The translations under genes and the position numbers were made by a program. The notes beneath the pieces are model-generated. The model did no database searches, was not told where the DNA came from, and saw nothing but the letters and a program-made list of their open reading frames with translations. Source: Methanomethylovorans hollandica DSM 15978 (GTDB lineage: Archaea; Halobacteriota; Methanosarcinia; Methanosarcinales; Methanosarcinaceae). From it: a DNA stretch of 64,000 nucleotides. Location of the stretch: the NCBI RefSeq assembly GCF_000328665.1, contig NC_019977.1, positions 186,001-250,000 of the forward strand, read 5' to 3'. Shown here piece by piece: positions 1 through 10,032 of the stretch; the stretch's first letter is position 1; each line of letters starts with the position of its first letter.

Positions 1-1
1 G

Positions 2-304
2 GTAGTTAAATGCCATCTTTTTAGGTATATTCAGTTCCTTCAGAATAACGGAAGCCATCAATGTGGCAGGTATTTTTTCGGCCCCGGCCATTTCAAGTAT
101 CGTTTTTCCTCGGTTCCATTGTTCCAGCTGTGCCGGTCCGTTCCTCTTCAAATGTCCAAAGTCTGATCTAACCTTAGATACTGTCTTTTGTGATAATATT
201 GTATACGCAATTCCAGGGTGGACGCCGAACTCTTTGGCCACAGGTCCTATGTCTTCTATGTCCTCCAATAATCCATAGATCTCTTTATATTTGCTTTTGT
301 CCAT
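2..304 (-). CDS. C15orf41/CDIN1-family (TPD-domain) putative nuclease, N-terminal part only; runs off the window edge
   Basis: Not in the ORF track. Hand translation from ATG at 304 gives MDKSKYKEIYGLLEDIEDIGPVAKEFGVHPGIAYTILSQK...QWNRGKTILEMAGAEKIPATLMASVILKELNIPKK, open to position 2. Resembles Methanosarcinales C15orf41-family proteins as I recall them. Overlaps the end of the nth-like gene. Confidence 0.6.
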   Translation of the reverse strand, partial: MDKSKYKEIYGLLEDIEDIGPVAKEFGVHPGIAYTILSQKTVSKVRSDFGHLKRNGPAQLEQWNRGKTILEMAGAEKIPATLMASVILKELNIPKKMAFNY

Positions 305-953
305 GTATTGTTCCTTTCCTGTGACCATTTATCAGAATGCATTCTTTGCAGAGTTTTTTTCCACAATAGGATTTTGCATATTCAACAATAAGTGCATGGT
401 ACTCCTTGAATGTGTTTACATCCTTTGAAAGTGTATTTTCAAATAACCTCTGCAGTTCTTCGTAATTACCTTCTACACCCATGCATCCCATAATACGTGT
501 AGTATATGCATCGATAACAAATTTAGGTTTATCAGCAGCGTACAATATTATACTATCCGCAGTTTCATTGCCAACACCGTTCAGAGCCAATAATGTCGTA
601 CGTAACTGGTCAACTGGAAGCTTGAACAGTTCATCTATATCCCTCTCGATCAGAAACTGTGCTATGTTTTTTAATCTGCTGGCTTTCTGGCGATAGAATC
701 TGCAGCATCTTATCATTTCTTCCAATGAAGACATATCTATTTTGACAAGACCATGCGGTTCAAGCACTTCTGCCCGTTTGAGATTACATATGGCCTTTTC
801 CACATTGTTCCACTTTGTTTGCTGAGTTAGCAAAGCTCCAACAATTACCTCAAAGCGTGTTTCTGCAGGCCACCACTTTTGTGGACCAAATTCCTCCAGA
901 AGTGTTCTATATATCTTTTTCAGGTCACTTTCTTTAAATTTTGAAGGTAACAG
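285..953 (-). CDS. Endonuclease III-related HhH-GPD DNA glycosylase
   Basis: HhH motif LLALNGVGNETADSI, VIDAYT, and C-terminal Cys cluster (YCGKKLCKEC). The conserved N-terminus IYRTLLEEFGPQKWWP lies upstream of the track start at 833, so the true start is uncertain (possibly CTG at 953). Confidence 0.85.
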   Translation of the reverse strand: MLPSKFKESDLKKIYRTLLEEFGPQKWWPAETRFEVIVGALLTQQTKWNNVEKAICNLKRAEVLEPHGLVKIDMSSLEEMIRCCRFYRQKASRLKNIAQFLIERDIDELFKLPVDQLRTTLLALNGVGNETADSIILYAADKPKFVIDAYTTRIMGCMGVEGNYEELQRLFENTLSKDVNTFKEYHALIVEYAKSYCGKKLCKECILINGHRKGTIHGQKQI

Positions 954-1300
954 AGAACTCTCAACTCCAAATCTCTTTTTCTTTTTATGGGAAGTATGTG
1001 CTTCTAATTTTATTTATTCTTTGCATTTTTGATCATTTCGTATGTTCCGATAGCAGCCATATTCTTGTTACTTACAGTTATCTTTTCAAAATATTCATTT
1101 GTCTCAAAATTCTATGTACGTATGAAGCACGCCCATTTCAGAAAAAGTTGTTCAGTGGGAACTTCCTTTCCTGTTATGTAATTAGTCTCTTTTGTGCGTC
1201 AATCCACTTGATATAAACGTGGAATTGTTTTCCTTTGGAATTTGATCTTGCATCAAGGAGACACTTTGCCGGAATTCCCATTATTCTTATGAATGATTGT

Positions 1301-2155
1301 TTAATTCTGAAAATTCTTTATGGATCCAGCAATAAGGGATGCAACACTTACAGAACTCTGTGCTTTTTCCAGTGTATCTGTGGCTATAATGTCGCGCACA
1401 CCTGCATTGAAGAGGCGCAACACCGCATTCTTTGCCAGTACGGGATGTACGCATGCAAGGTAAACTTCTCTTGCCCCCTGGCTCTTGAGGAGTTTTATAG
1501 ATTCTGCCATTGTACCGCCTGTAGCGATCATATCATCCACCAGGACCACATCCCTGCCACAGACATCCATATTCTTCGTTTTGATGTTCACGGTGTCCCC
1601 GGAAAGCCTGGTCTTTTCAAGATGATCGTACTGGATACCTACTCCTTTTGCAGTATTTTCTGCAAGGGTCATAGCACCTGTATCCGGAGCCACTATCAGA
1701 GGATCTTTCAGTTGGAGGGAGCTAATGTATTTTCCTATAACTTCTGATGCATCCAGGTCAAAAGCATCAGAACTAAAATAATTCAGGATACTTGGCTTGT
1801 GGATATTCACAGTAAATATCCTGTCTGCAGATATGGCTCTAGCTACAGCTCTTGCACTGATGGGTTCCCCACATTTGAACTTCTTATCCTGACGTGCATA
1901 CCCCATATAGGGAATAACCACGTTTACCACCTGCGCATCTTCGCAGGCATCTATCATAAGCAGTAGTGCCATGAGGTCAGAGTCTGTTGTTGTGCTCTGA
2001 ATGATGGTCACTTCGTCCATAGGTTCTTCCATTATGCGGGTATAGATCTCTCCGTCGGGGAAACGGTTAAACTCACAAAGGGTTGGTTCAATGTTCATTT
2101 CCCTTGCTACACGGGTAGCAAGCGCCTGTGATGCCGGTCCTCCTATTATTTTCAA
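1301..2155 (-). CDS. prs: Ribose-phosphate pyrophosphokinase
   Basis: FPDGEIY, YMGYARQD and the PRPP-binding motif VVLVDDMIATGGT. Confidence 0.97.
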   Translation of the reverse strand: MKIIGGPASQALATRVAREMNIEPTLCEFNRFPDGEIYTRIMEEPMDEVTIIQSTTTDSDLMALLLMIDACEDAQVVNVVIPYMGYARQDKKFKCGEPISARAVARAISADRIFTVNIHKPSILNYFSSDAFDLDASEVIGKYISSLQLKDPLIVAPDTGAMTLAENTAKGVGIQYDHLEKTRLSGDTVNIKTKNMDVCGRDVVLVDDMIATGGTMAESIKLLKSQGAREVYLACVHPVLAKNAVLRLFNAGVRDIIATDTLEKAQSSVSVASLIAGSIKNFQN

Positions 2156-2224
2156 TTTAAGTACCTCATAAAATTATTTGCTTATTCATTCGGATATGAT
2201 TTTCCTACTCTACAATGTCTTATG

Positions 2225-2704
2225 TTAATTAGTTTTGCTTCCCTTTGTCTTCTCAAGTACTTTTATATTCTGTATGGCTGTGTGAGGATAATTGCCTGTA
2301 TTGTCTTTTTCTGCAGATTTTACCATGTCCCACACTGTCAGCAGTGCGATAGAAACACCAGTGAGTGCTTCCATTTCCACTCCTGTTCTTCCAACAGATC
2401 GGACTTCTACAGTGGCAGCTATTGTTCCTTCATGGAAGGAAAAGTTTACATCTACACCTGTTATAGGTATCTGATGACACATTGGTATCATTTCCGGGGT
2501 TCTTTTTACTCCGAGTATAGCTGCAGTCCTGGCAGTTACCAATACGTTGCCCTTTTCTATAGTGCCATTTTTAATTCTCTCAATAGTTAGGTCGGAGAGT
2601 AAGATCTCGCCGACAGCTGTTGCATATCTTTCAATGATATCTTTACCACTGATATCCACCATTATGGCTCTGTCATCCTTCAGATGGCTTAGTTTTGTTT
2701 CCAA
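2225..2704 (-). CDS. moaC: Cyclic pyranopterin monophosphate synthase MoaC
   Basis: MVDIS, IPMCHQIP, TGVEMEAL and WDMVKS motifs; TTG start at 2704 follows a GGTGG SD. Confidence 0.96.
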   Translation of the reverse strand: METKLSHLKDDRAIMVDISGKDIIERYATAVGEILLSDLTIERIKNGTIEKGNVLVTARTAAILGVKRTPEMIPMCHQIPITGVDVNFSFHEGTIAATVEVRSVGRTGVEMEALTGVSIALLTVWDMVKSAEKDNTGNYPHTAIQNIKVLEKTKGSKTN

Positions 2705-2720
2705 GAGAACCACCATCAAT

Positions 2721-2906
2721 TCAATCTATACGCAGTTTTTGCCGCTGCTTATAGTCCTCAACTGTGTTCTCCAACTTTTGAATAAGATCTTTTGCCTCAT
2801 CCAATGTCAACTTGAGTATTTCCTCATCTTCATCATGGATGATTATTATCCTTACTTTTTTTCTCTCGATATCAACTATGATCTTTCTGCCCTCATCTTT
2901 TGCCAT
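2721..2906 (-). CDS. Small hypothetical protein (61 aa) between nnr and moaC
   Basis: Tightly packed in the operon, with an SD-like GGAGTGA upstream and a charged, protein-like composition. Confidence 0.75.
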   Translation of the reverse strand: MAKDEGRKIIVDIERKKVRIIIIHDEDEEILKLTLDEAKDLIQKLENTVEDYKQRQKLRID

Positions 2907-2911
2907 ATATA

Positions 2912-4384
2912 TCACTCCCTCATCACATCAGTTATCTTGTCTATTATATCGGTAGCAAGTAATCCATATCCATTCTCTTTAAATGCAAGGTCCCCCGCAG
3001 CTCCGTTTATATATGCAGCACAAGCTGCAGCTTTCATAGGTGTATTGGTAGCTAAAAGTGCACCTGTGATCCCTGCAAGCACATCTCCTGTACCACCTAC
3101 GCTCATTCCTGCATTACCTGTTCTGTTTAGTAGAACTTTCCTCCCATCTGAGATTATATCTACCACTCCTTTGAGCAGGGTAACTAATTTCTTTTCTTTG
3201 GAAAATATCATTACTTCTTCTATTCTTTTATTTAAGTCCACGGCGGTTTCCATTTTCCTTATACGTGCAAACTCTCTTACATGGGGTGTGATCACTATTT
3301 CAGAAGCACCGCTATCAGCATTTTCCAGGGCAGACAATGCATCTGCATCGATCACTAGCTTTTTACACATGGGAATTATACTGCGCACAGTTTCAATCAC
3401 TTCCTCTCCATTCCCAAGCCCCATACCCATAACTATCACGTCATGCTGATGTGCAAGCCTTGATATCAGAGGTATATCTTCAATGCACAATCTTTGATCT
3501 GATAAGCAACGTACAATAAGGTCAGGAGAGAAAGATGCAATTATACCGGCTACATTGGATGGAGCTGCCACTGTTACTATATCAGCTCCGGTTCTAAGTG
3601 CTGCCAAGGCTGTCAGGGCAGGAGCTCCCGAATAAGCTCCCCCGCCTATTATGAGTATTCTGCCAGCTTGTCCTTTGTGTGAATCGTGACTTCTTGTATT
3701 CAGGCTTCTCAAGTTTCCTATACCTATAAAACTTTCAGCATGAGCACAAACACCTATATCTTCAATTCTTACTTCTCCTGTATAGCAGGACATCATAGGT
3801 GTATTCAATTCTTTTTTCATTTTATGGAACGTAATGGTAGTGTCTGCTTTGACGCATTTTACAAGTTCATTATTTGCGTCGATTGTTCCCGAAGGCACGT
3901 CAATGGATATCACATATTTCCCAGACAAATTTATTAGATCTATCGCTGAAGCTTCTAGCTCTCTTATCTTTCCTGTCATGCCGGTTCCAAGTATTCCGTC
4001 AACTATGATGTCAGAACTGTTTATCAGGTCTGATAGCTTTACGTCTCCAGAGTCTGTTATTTCGTTTATACTATTGGTCTGGCAATGTCTAAGCAGCGCA
4101 AAGTTTCTCTTTGCTTCTTCAGTACGGATTGAGGCTGCATTTCCTAATAGTATGACATTGACCTGGAATTGTGGGAATTGACAAAGGTGACGTGCGGCTA
4201 CACAGGCATCCCCTCCGTTGTTCCCTCTGCCTGCAATCAGCAATATTTTTCCTCCGGAAAAATGGTCCCTTATAGCTCTTGATATTGAACAACCTGCGTT
4301 TTCCATGAGCTGAATGGGTAAAAGACCAAGCTGTGCACAATTTGCATCAATGGCTTTCATTTCTTCCCAGATAATAGAATCCAT
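2912..4384 (-). CDS. nnr: Bifunctional NAD(P)H-hydrate epimerase/dehydratase (YjeF family)
   Basis: LMENAG, GNNGGD, SIDVPSG, HKGQAG, TPHVREF and GGTGDVLAG motifs. Confidence 0.95.
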   Translation of the reverse strand: MDSIIWEEMKAIDANCAQLGLLPIQLMENAGCSISRAIRDHFSGGKILLIAGRGNNGGDACVAARHLCQFPQFQVNVILLGNAASIRTEEAKRNFALLRHCQTNSINEITDSGDVKLSDLINSSDIIVDGILGTGMTGKIRELEASAIDLINLSGKYVISIDVPSGTIDANNELVKCVKADTTITFHKMKKELNTPMMSCYTGEVRIEDIGVCAHAESFIGIGNLRSLNTRSHDSHKGQAGRILIIGGGAYSGAPALTALAALRTGADIVTVAAPSNVAGIIASFSPDLIVRCLSDQRLCIEDIPLISRLAHQHDVIVMGMGLGNGEEVIETVRSIIPMCKKLVIDADALSALENADSGASEIVITPHVREFARIRKMETAVDLNKRIEEVMIFSKEKKLVTLLKGVVDIISDGRKVLLNRTGNAGMSVGGTGDVLAGITGALLATNTPMKAAACAAYINGAAGDLAFKENGYGLLATDIIDKITDVMRE

Positions 4385-4515
4385 AGTTATCTATTAATCC
4401 ATTGTTTACATTCTATTTATTCATTCATATTTCCCTTATCCAGTTATTATTGAAATATCGTGTTTAATGGGCTGAAGATCATGGAGGTCGTTCTATTAAC
4501 GCCAACACCAAAGAG

Positions 4516-5967
4516 ATGAATGTTATTGACAAGTCTAAAATAAAACCACTTTATTTGGTCCTGGGCAGCGGTAGTTTAGGTTTCGCTCTTGTGAAAGAAC
4601 TCAAGGAACGCGACAAAGAATTATTTATTGTAGATAAAGACCCTCAAAAGGTGGAAACCCTTAGAGAAGAAGCTTATGATGCCATTGTAGGAGACATCAG
4701 TGATCCGGAAGTTCTGGAAAAGATCAATACTAAAAACTTGGCAGCTATTATGATCCTTAGCTCTGACCCTCTTGCTAATAAAGCTGCGTTAGCGAATATA
4801 CGGAAGAAAGTTTCGCCGGATGTTTACTGTGTAGCCAGGGCCTCAGATGCAATCAATATGCAGGAAATGGAAACTCTTGGAGCTGACCTTGTGATCATTC
4901 CTCCCAAGGTAGTGGCAAAATCCCTCGCAAGATCTCTGGAAAGAGCAGAGTCCATGTTAAGGGGAAACAAACTTGTCCAGTGGTTCAATGGGTTGAGGGG
5001 AAAGACATTGGCAATAGTCGTGCACAATAATCCGGATCCTGATTCAATCTCAGGTGCTCTTGCTTTACAGGAGATAGCTAAGAGTTTTGATGTGGTTTCA
5101 GATATTCTATATGGTGGGGAGATAGGCCATCAGGAGAACAAAGCATTTGTCAACTTGCTGGGTATAGACCTCTTCAAGATGGAAGACCGTGATATCTCAA
5201 ATTATGACAAAATTGCTCTTGTAGATTGTGCAGTTCCCGGTGCCAATAATAAATTGCAGCCAGGCACTCACATCGGTGCTGTCTTTGATCACCATCCTCT
5301 CGGTGATACACATATAGATGCAGAGTTCATTGATATACGTCCTAATGTGGGGGCTTCAGCAACCATTCTTACAAAATATCTTCAGGAACTAAATATTGAT
5401 ATCGACCAGAAGCTTGCAACTGCTTTACTCTATGGTATCCGTACCGATACTCTGGACTTTAAGAGAAATACGGATTCTTCAGACCTTTCTGCAGCATCTT
5501 TTTTGTATCCTCTTTCGGAACACGATATTCTGGACCAGCTGGAACGCCCTTCAATGTCTACAGAAACTTTGGATGTCTTGGGTGAGGCTATTCTCAACAG
5601 ACGTGTGTATAGCGGTTATCTCATTTCGAACGTAGGCACTATACGGGACAGGGATACATTACCTCAGGCAGCAGACTACTTGCTGAACCTCGAAGGGATC
5701 TCTACTACCCTGGTCTTTGGTATATCTGAGGATACTATCTTTATTTCTGGAAGGAGTAACGACATACGTGTTAACCTTGGGGATGTAATGAAAAAGTCAT
5801 TTGGTGAAGGTTCAGGTGGTGGCCATGCCAATGCTGCAGCTGCACAGGTCTCTCTTGGTTTGTTCAGTGTTGCAAAAGACAGGCAAATTTTGCTTAAGCT
5901 TGTGGACGAATCGGTTGTTAAAAGGTTCCTTAATGCGGTGGGTGTGGAAGAATCAAGCAAGAACTAG
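4516..5967 (+). CDS. TrkA-N (RCK) domain fused to a DHH/DHHA1 phosphoesterase
   Basis: Rossmann-like VLGSGSLG N-terminal domain; HNNPDPDS, DHH, GIRTDT and GGGH motifs. Confidence 0.92.
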   Translation: MNVIDKSKIKPLYLVLGSGSLGFALVKELKERDKELFIVDKDPQKVETLREEAYDAIVGDISDPEVLEKINTKNLAAIMILSSDPLANKAALANIRKKVSPDVYCVARASDAINMQEMETLGADLVIIPPKVVAKSLARSLERAESMLRGNKLVQWFNGLRGKTLAIVVHNNPDPDSISGALALQEIAKSFDVVSDILYGGEIGHQENKAFVNLLGIDLFKMEDRDISNYDKIALVDCAVPGANNKLQPGTHIGAVFDHHPLGDTHIDAEFIDIRPNVGASATILTKYLQELNIDIDQKLATALLYGIRTDTLDFKRNTDSSDLSAASFLYPLSEHDILDQLERPSMSTETLDVLGEAILNRRVYSGYLISNVGTIRDRDTLPQAADYLLNLEGISTTLVFGISEDTIFISGRSNDIRVNLGDVMKKSFGEGSGGGHANAAAAQVSLGLFSVAKDRQILLKLVDESVVKRFLNAVGVEESSKN

Positions 5968-6050
5968 TCTGTTAAGGACTAATTTCTTTTTGTTTTTTAT
6001 TTTCCTAAATTCGGTCGTCGTTCTCTATTGGTTTTTTTATGTCTTTTGCT

Positions 6051-6195
6051 GTTACTGAGAGTTACTATCTGTTACTATCTCAATCACACATACATAAATA
6101 TACATATTCATTCTTTAATATACACACATTTATAAATACATATACGCACATCTATATATATACATATATACATATCTATTTATGTGTATGTCTAT
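6051..6195. repeat. Three-copy 10-bp tandem (GTTACTnnnn) followed by a low-complexity TA/CA tract
   Basis: gttactgaga gttactatct gttactatct at 6051-6080, then about 110 nt of tata/taca/caca units almost lacking G. Confidence 0.75.
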
Positions 6196-6403
6196 TTTGC
6201 AACTACTGGTTATCTTTTCAATACTTATGAGATTTATGTTTCTTACATTTTCATATCTATTTATATATACTTCTTTTTTTCAAGGTCATTAAACATATGT
6301 ATGAATTTGCATGGACAGGCGAATGAATCTTTTCATAATTGTATGATTGATACTATGCTGTCCCCGATATCTTGATTACTTATATTATATCAATAGGATC
6401 TCA

Positions 6404-7126
6404 ATGTCATTTTCAGAGCGATACAAAGATCTTCTGATCCAAGATGCAAGAAAGGAACTGCACCGGGCAACTGAAATAAAAGCTGGATGCATAGCTTCAA
6501 TGATAAAAGCCATAGGCTTCTCATGTACTCAATGCGGGAACTGTTGCAGAGGTGATCATAGCGATAACCGTGTAATGCTCCTGCAGCAGGACGTTTTACG
6601 CATATCTAAATGCAGTGATTTATCTGCTTCAGAATTTTCATTGCCTTTTATTCCTGCTGAAGCTGAGAATGCTCTCAAAGGAATTTCAGATCCCTCAGAT
6701 CTAGTCCCATTCATTGATAGTGAAGGGAATGTTCACAGCTTTGGTTGGATGCTCAGGCGTAAAAATAATAGTTGTTGCCTTTTTCTTGAAGTTGCGGGTC
6801 TATCTTCCAGGTGCAATGTTTATAATCATCGGCCTGCCCTATGTCAGACCTATCCTTTTTATATGGAAGATTGTAAGCTTCATACGTCAGAATGTGAGGG
6901 GTTGGGGTCAGATATATCTTATTTTGATAGTCTTACATTTGCAAGGCTGGTACTAGATAGGTATATACATGAACTTGAAGAGCGTATTCTGGTATATCAG
7001 CGCTACGAACATTTTGAGCCAATGGGAAAAAATGTTGACTTTTCTCTGGAAAGGTTCAAAAAGGGGCATGTATTCTATATAGTGCATGATAGTGAAGGGA
7101 CCCATCGCAGATGTGAGCGTCTGTGA
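6404..7126 (+). CDS. YkgJ-family cysteine-cluster (CxxCxxCC) protein
   Basis: FSCTQCGNCC, CCLFL and CNVYNHRPALCQTYPF motifs. Confidence 0.9.
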   Translation: MSFSERYKDLLIQDARKELHRATEIKAGCIASMIKAIGFSCTQCGNCCRGDHSDNRVMLLQQDVLRISKCSDLSASEFSLPFIPAEAENALKGISDPSDLVPFIDSEGNVHSFGWMLRRKNNSCCLFLEVAGLSSRCNVYNHRPALCQTYPFYMEDCKLHTSECEGLGSDISYFDSLTFARLVLDRYIHELEERILVYQRYEHFEPMGKNVDFSLERFKKGHVFYIVHDSEGTHRRCERL

Positions 7127-7175
7127 TCCCTATATATAGCTTTATTTATAATGAAATATTAGAACGTTGATCACC

Positions 7176-8462
7176 ATGTCTGAGAATATCAACTATCCAA
7201 TGACTATTGCTGAGAAGATCTTCTCTAAAGCATCAGGAAAGGCCGTGAAGGCAGGGGAATTTGTACTTGCAAATATCGATCGTGCAATGACCCATGATAT
7301 CACGGGTCCTCTTGCAATAGATGGTTTTTATGAGATCATGGCAAGTAAGCAAGAGAAGAAAGTGTGGGATCCCAGCAAGATAGTGATCATTTTTGATCAT
7401 CAAGTGCCGGCAGATTCTCTAAATGCTGCAGCAAATCACATAAAACTTCGCAAATTCTCTCAGGAGCAAGGCATACTGAACTATGATGTATATGAAGGTA
7501 TCTGCCATCAGATCATGCCTGAAAAAGGGCATGTAAGGCCTGGAGATCTTGTAGTGGGTTCGGATTCCCATACTTGTGCATATGGAGCTATTGGTGCTTT
7601 TTCTACTGGTATAGGCTCTACGGACATGGCAGCTGTCTTTGCCACAGGCAAGCTATGGTTCAAGGTACCTGACACCATCAGGTTCGAAGTGGAAGGTAAG
7701 TTGCCAAAAATGGTCTATTCTAAAGATCTCATATTGCACCTAATTGGCGATATAGGTGTAGAAGGTGCACGTTACCAGGCTGCAGAGTATGCAGGATCGA
7801 CTATCCACAGTATGTCTATCTCAGAGAGGATGACCATCTCCAATATGGCCATAGAAATGGGTGGAAAGGCTGGTATTATCGAAGCCGATGAAATTACTGC
7901 CGCTTACCTTGAGGAACGCATTCCTGATTATAAATTTGATCCATACTGGAAACCAGACGATGGTGCAAAATATTCTGAGATCAGGAAATATGATATCTCC
8001 AAGCTCGAACCACAGGTTGCCTGTCCCCACAACGTTGACAACGTGAAGCCGGTTACAGAAGTGGAAGGCACAAAACTTGATCAGATATTTGTGGGTTCAT
8101 GTACCAATGGCAGGTTTGAAGATATTGAGGTAGTAGCAAAGATCATGGGTGATGAGCCTGTTGCCAAGGGTGTCAGGTTGCTTGTCATTCCTGCTTCCAG
8201 GACAGAATACCTGAAAGTCCTCAAAGCCGGTTATGTAGAGCAGTTCATGGAAGCAGGTGCCATTGTGGAGGCTCCGTGCTGTGGTCCATGTATGGGCGGC
8301 TCTTTTGGATTGCTAGGCGATGGTGAGGTCGGGCTTGCAACATCTAACCGTAACTTCAAGGGCAGGGAAGGAAGCCCCGCTTCTTTTGTCTACCTGAGCT
8401 CTCCTGCAACTGCTGCCGCATCAGCCCTTACCGGTGAGATCACTGATCCAAGGAAGGTCTGA
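7176..8462 (+). CDS. Isopropylmalate/homoaconitate dehydratase large subunit (LeuC/HacA family)
   Basis: DSHTC, GSCTNGR, CGPCMG and NRNFKGR aconitase-family motifs; paralog specificity cannot be resolved. Confidence 0.93.
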   Translation: MSENINYPMTIAEKIFSKASGKAVKAGEFVLANIDRAMTHDITGPLAIDGFYEIMASKQEKKVWDPSKIVIIFDHQVPADSLNAAANHIKLRKFSQEQGILNYDVYEGICHQIMPEKGHVRPGDLVVGSDSHTCAYGAIGAFSTGIGSTDMAAVFATGKLWFKVPDTIRFEVEGKLPKMVYSKDLILHLIGDIGVEGARYQAAEYAGSTIHSMSISERMTISNMAIEMGGKAGIIEADEITAAYLEERIPDYKFDPYWKPDDGAKYSEIRKYDISKLEPQVACPHNVDNVKPVTEVEGTKLDQIFVGSCTNGRFEDIEVVAKIMGDEPVAKGVRLLVIPASRTEYLKVLKAGYVEQFMEAGAIVEAPCCGPCMGGSFGLLGDGEVGLATSNRNFKGREGSPASFVYLSSPATAAASALTGEITDPRKV

Positions 8463-8661
8463 CGCAATTAGACCAAAAGAGATAAATACATTTCTTCAGT
8501 GATATTTTGGATAAGACGTTGGTTATACCAATACCCGTCATATTGGATGGATATATTCCAACGTCTTCACATTAAATTCTATTTTTGATCAACAGGGAAA
8601 ACTTTTTACATAAAGACCTCTTCATTGCTTTTGCTTCGTATTCTTTGAGCCGAGGTGAACT

Positions 8662-8961
8662 ATGTCTAATACTGATCTATCTATCCTGAATGAAGTTTAT
8701 GATATTATCTATGACCGCAAATCGAATCCTATAGAAGGCTCTTATGTCTGTTCCTTGCTCAATCATAGGAAAGGTATCAACAAGATACTTGAGAAGGTCG
8801 GAGAAGAGGCGATTGAAACAATTTTAGCAGTTAAAGAAAAAGAAAAAGACCAGATCGTATGCGAGTCGTCCGATCTGATATTCCACATGTTGGTTATGTT
8901 CGCGGCACTCGATATTTCTCTGGAGGATATTGCCCAGGAAATGAGAAAGAGGAGAAAATAA
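8662..8961 (+). CDS. hisE: Phosphoribosyl-ATP pyrophosphohydrolase
   Basis: [15 protein letters not shown] and ESSDLIFH motifs; GAGGTGA SD. Confidence 0.95.
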   Translation: MSNTDLSILNEVYDIIYDRKSNPIEGSYVCSLLNHRKGINKILEKVGEEAIETILAVKEKEKDQIVCESSDLIFHMLVMFAALDISLEDIAQEMRKRRK

Positions 8962-9003
8962 ACACCTCTTTATTATCTTTTCTTCTCTGTCAGAGCTATT
9001 CTG

Positions 9004-9879
9004 TCAGTATACTGCAAGCTCGTGCAGTACATCTGTTTTTGAAAGTACACTTTTTGGAACGCCATCATAGGTTACTATGATGAATCCCACTCCATGGACA
9101 TTAAACAGCTTAACGGCATCTATCAGGGAAGCTTCTGAGTCAATAGTTACCAGATCCATTGCCATTATGTCTTTAACTTTTGCATCCATACTTCCCTTTG
9201 CAAGGGCTTGCCCAATTTCCTTAAAGGTAATTACTCCTACAATCTTTCCCTCGTCTTCTACGGGAGCACCATGTATGTTACTCTGTGAAAGCATCGCAGC
9301 AGCATCTTTTATGCTGGTATTCAAGTTCAATGCAATGAAATTTTTGCTGGAATAATATCTTACAGGCTTTTTAGGCAGAGATATCATCTCATTTATTGAA
9401 AAAACAAGTATATTCTCGGTATCGTCCCTCCCCACTATCTCTCCTCTTACTATAAGCCTATTGACCGGAGTTGGTCCCATCTGTAAAAGGTCGCCCTGTT
9501 CAAATGTTCTTATGTTGCCAAGTACTTTTATCATTCCATGGCAAAGGTCAGGGTGACGTACAGTAGTAAAGCTGATCTCTGCTACAGTTGCCCCTTCTAC
9601 GACTTCTCCATTCCTGTAGATGGGTACCATCGCTTCATTCTCCATCATCGTGACATTTAAAGCCTCGTAAGCCTCCCCGGTTGCCTTATACCCTCCTTTT
9701 GGACCAGGCACTCCTTCCACAAGTTCAAGCACTTTTAAGGATTGCATCTGGTTTCTGACCGTGCCCGGATTTCGGTTGATTATTTCTGCTATTTCTTCAC
9801 CTTTTATCGCGCGGTCTTTCTCCCTCTGTAGATTGATCAAAGCAATAAGTATGTCTTTTTGGATAGGTGTGAGCTCCAT
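9004..9879 (-). CDS. Winged-HTH plus CBS-pair transcriptional regulator
   Basis: N-terminal wHTH (RNPGTVRNQMQSL...VPGPKGGY) and a C-terminal CBS pair. Confidence 0.88.
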   Translation of the reverse strand: MELTPIQKDILIALINLQREKDRAIKGEEIAEIINRNPGTVRNQMQSLKVLELVEGVPGPKGGYKATGEAYEALNVTMMENEAMVPIYRNGEVVEGATVAEISFTTVRHPDLCHGMIKVLGNIRTFEQGDLLQMGPTPVNRLIVRGEIVGRDDTENILVFSINEMISLPKKPVRYYSSKNFIALNLNTSIKDAAAMLSQSNIHGAPVEDEGKIVGVITFKEIGQALAKGSMDAKVKDIMAMDLVTIDSEASLIDAVKLFNVHGVGFIIVTYDGVPKSVLSKTDVLHELAVY

Positions 9880-10032
9880 ATGATCACCATTCGTCTCTTA
9901 GAAACTTAAAATATAGTACTCCACCCATATATATATAATTGAGTATTTTTCATCAATGTTAATTATATTCTATCCGCAGAACAACAATTATATACGTCAT
10001 TATGCCTTGAACTTCATACAGGTAAAGAAACA

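Noticed and set aside
1000..1290. Coding-like fragments on the minus strand between prs and the nth-like gene, including an in-frame TAG
   Set aside because: Short, interrupted, without a start or recognisable family; at most an eroded remnant
2547..3449. 300-aa plus-strand ORF
   Set aside because: Antisense shadow of nnr, the small ORF and moaC, with no recognisable motifs. The same applies to the many short antisense ORFs in the track.
6039..6375. Tyr/Ile/His-rich short ORFs, and the idea that this tract is oriC
   Set aside because: The ORFs are translations of low-complexity DNA; no ORB elements or cdc6 support an origin call
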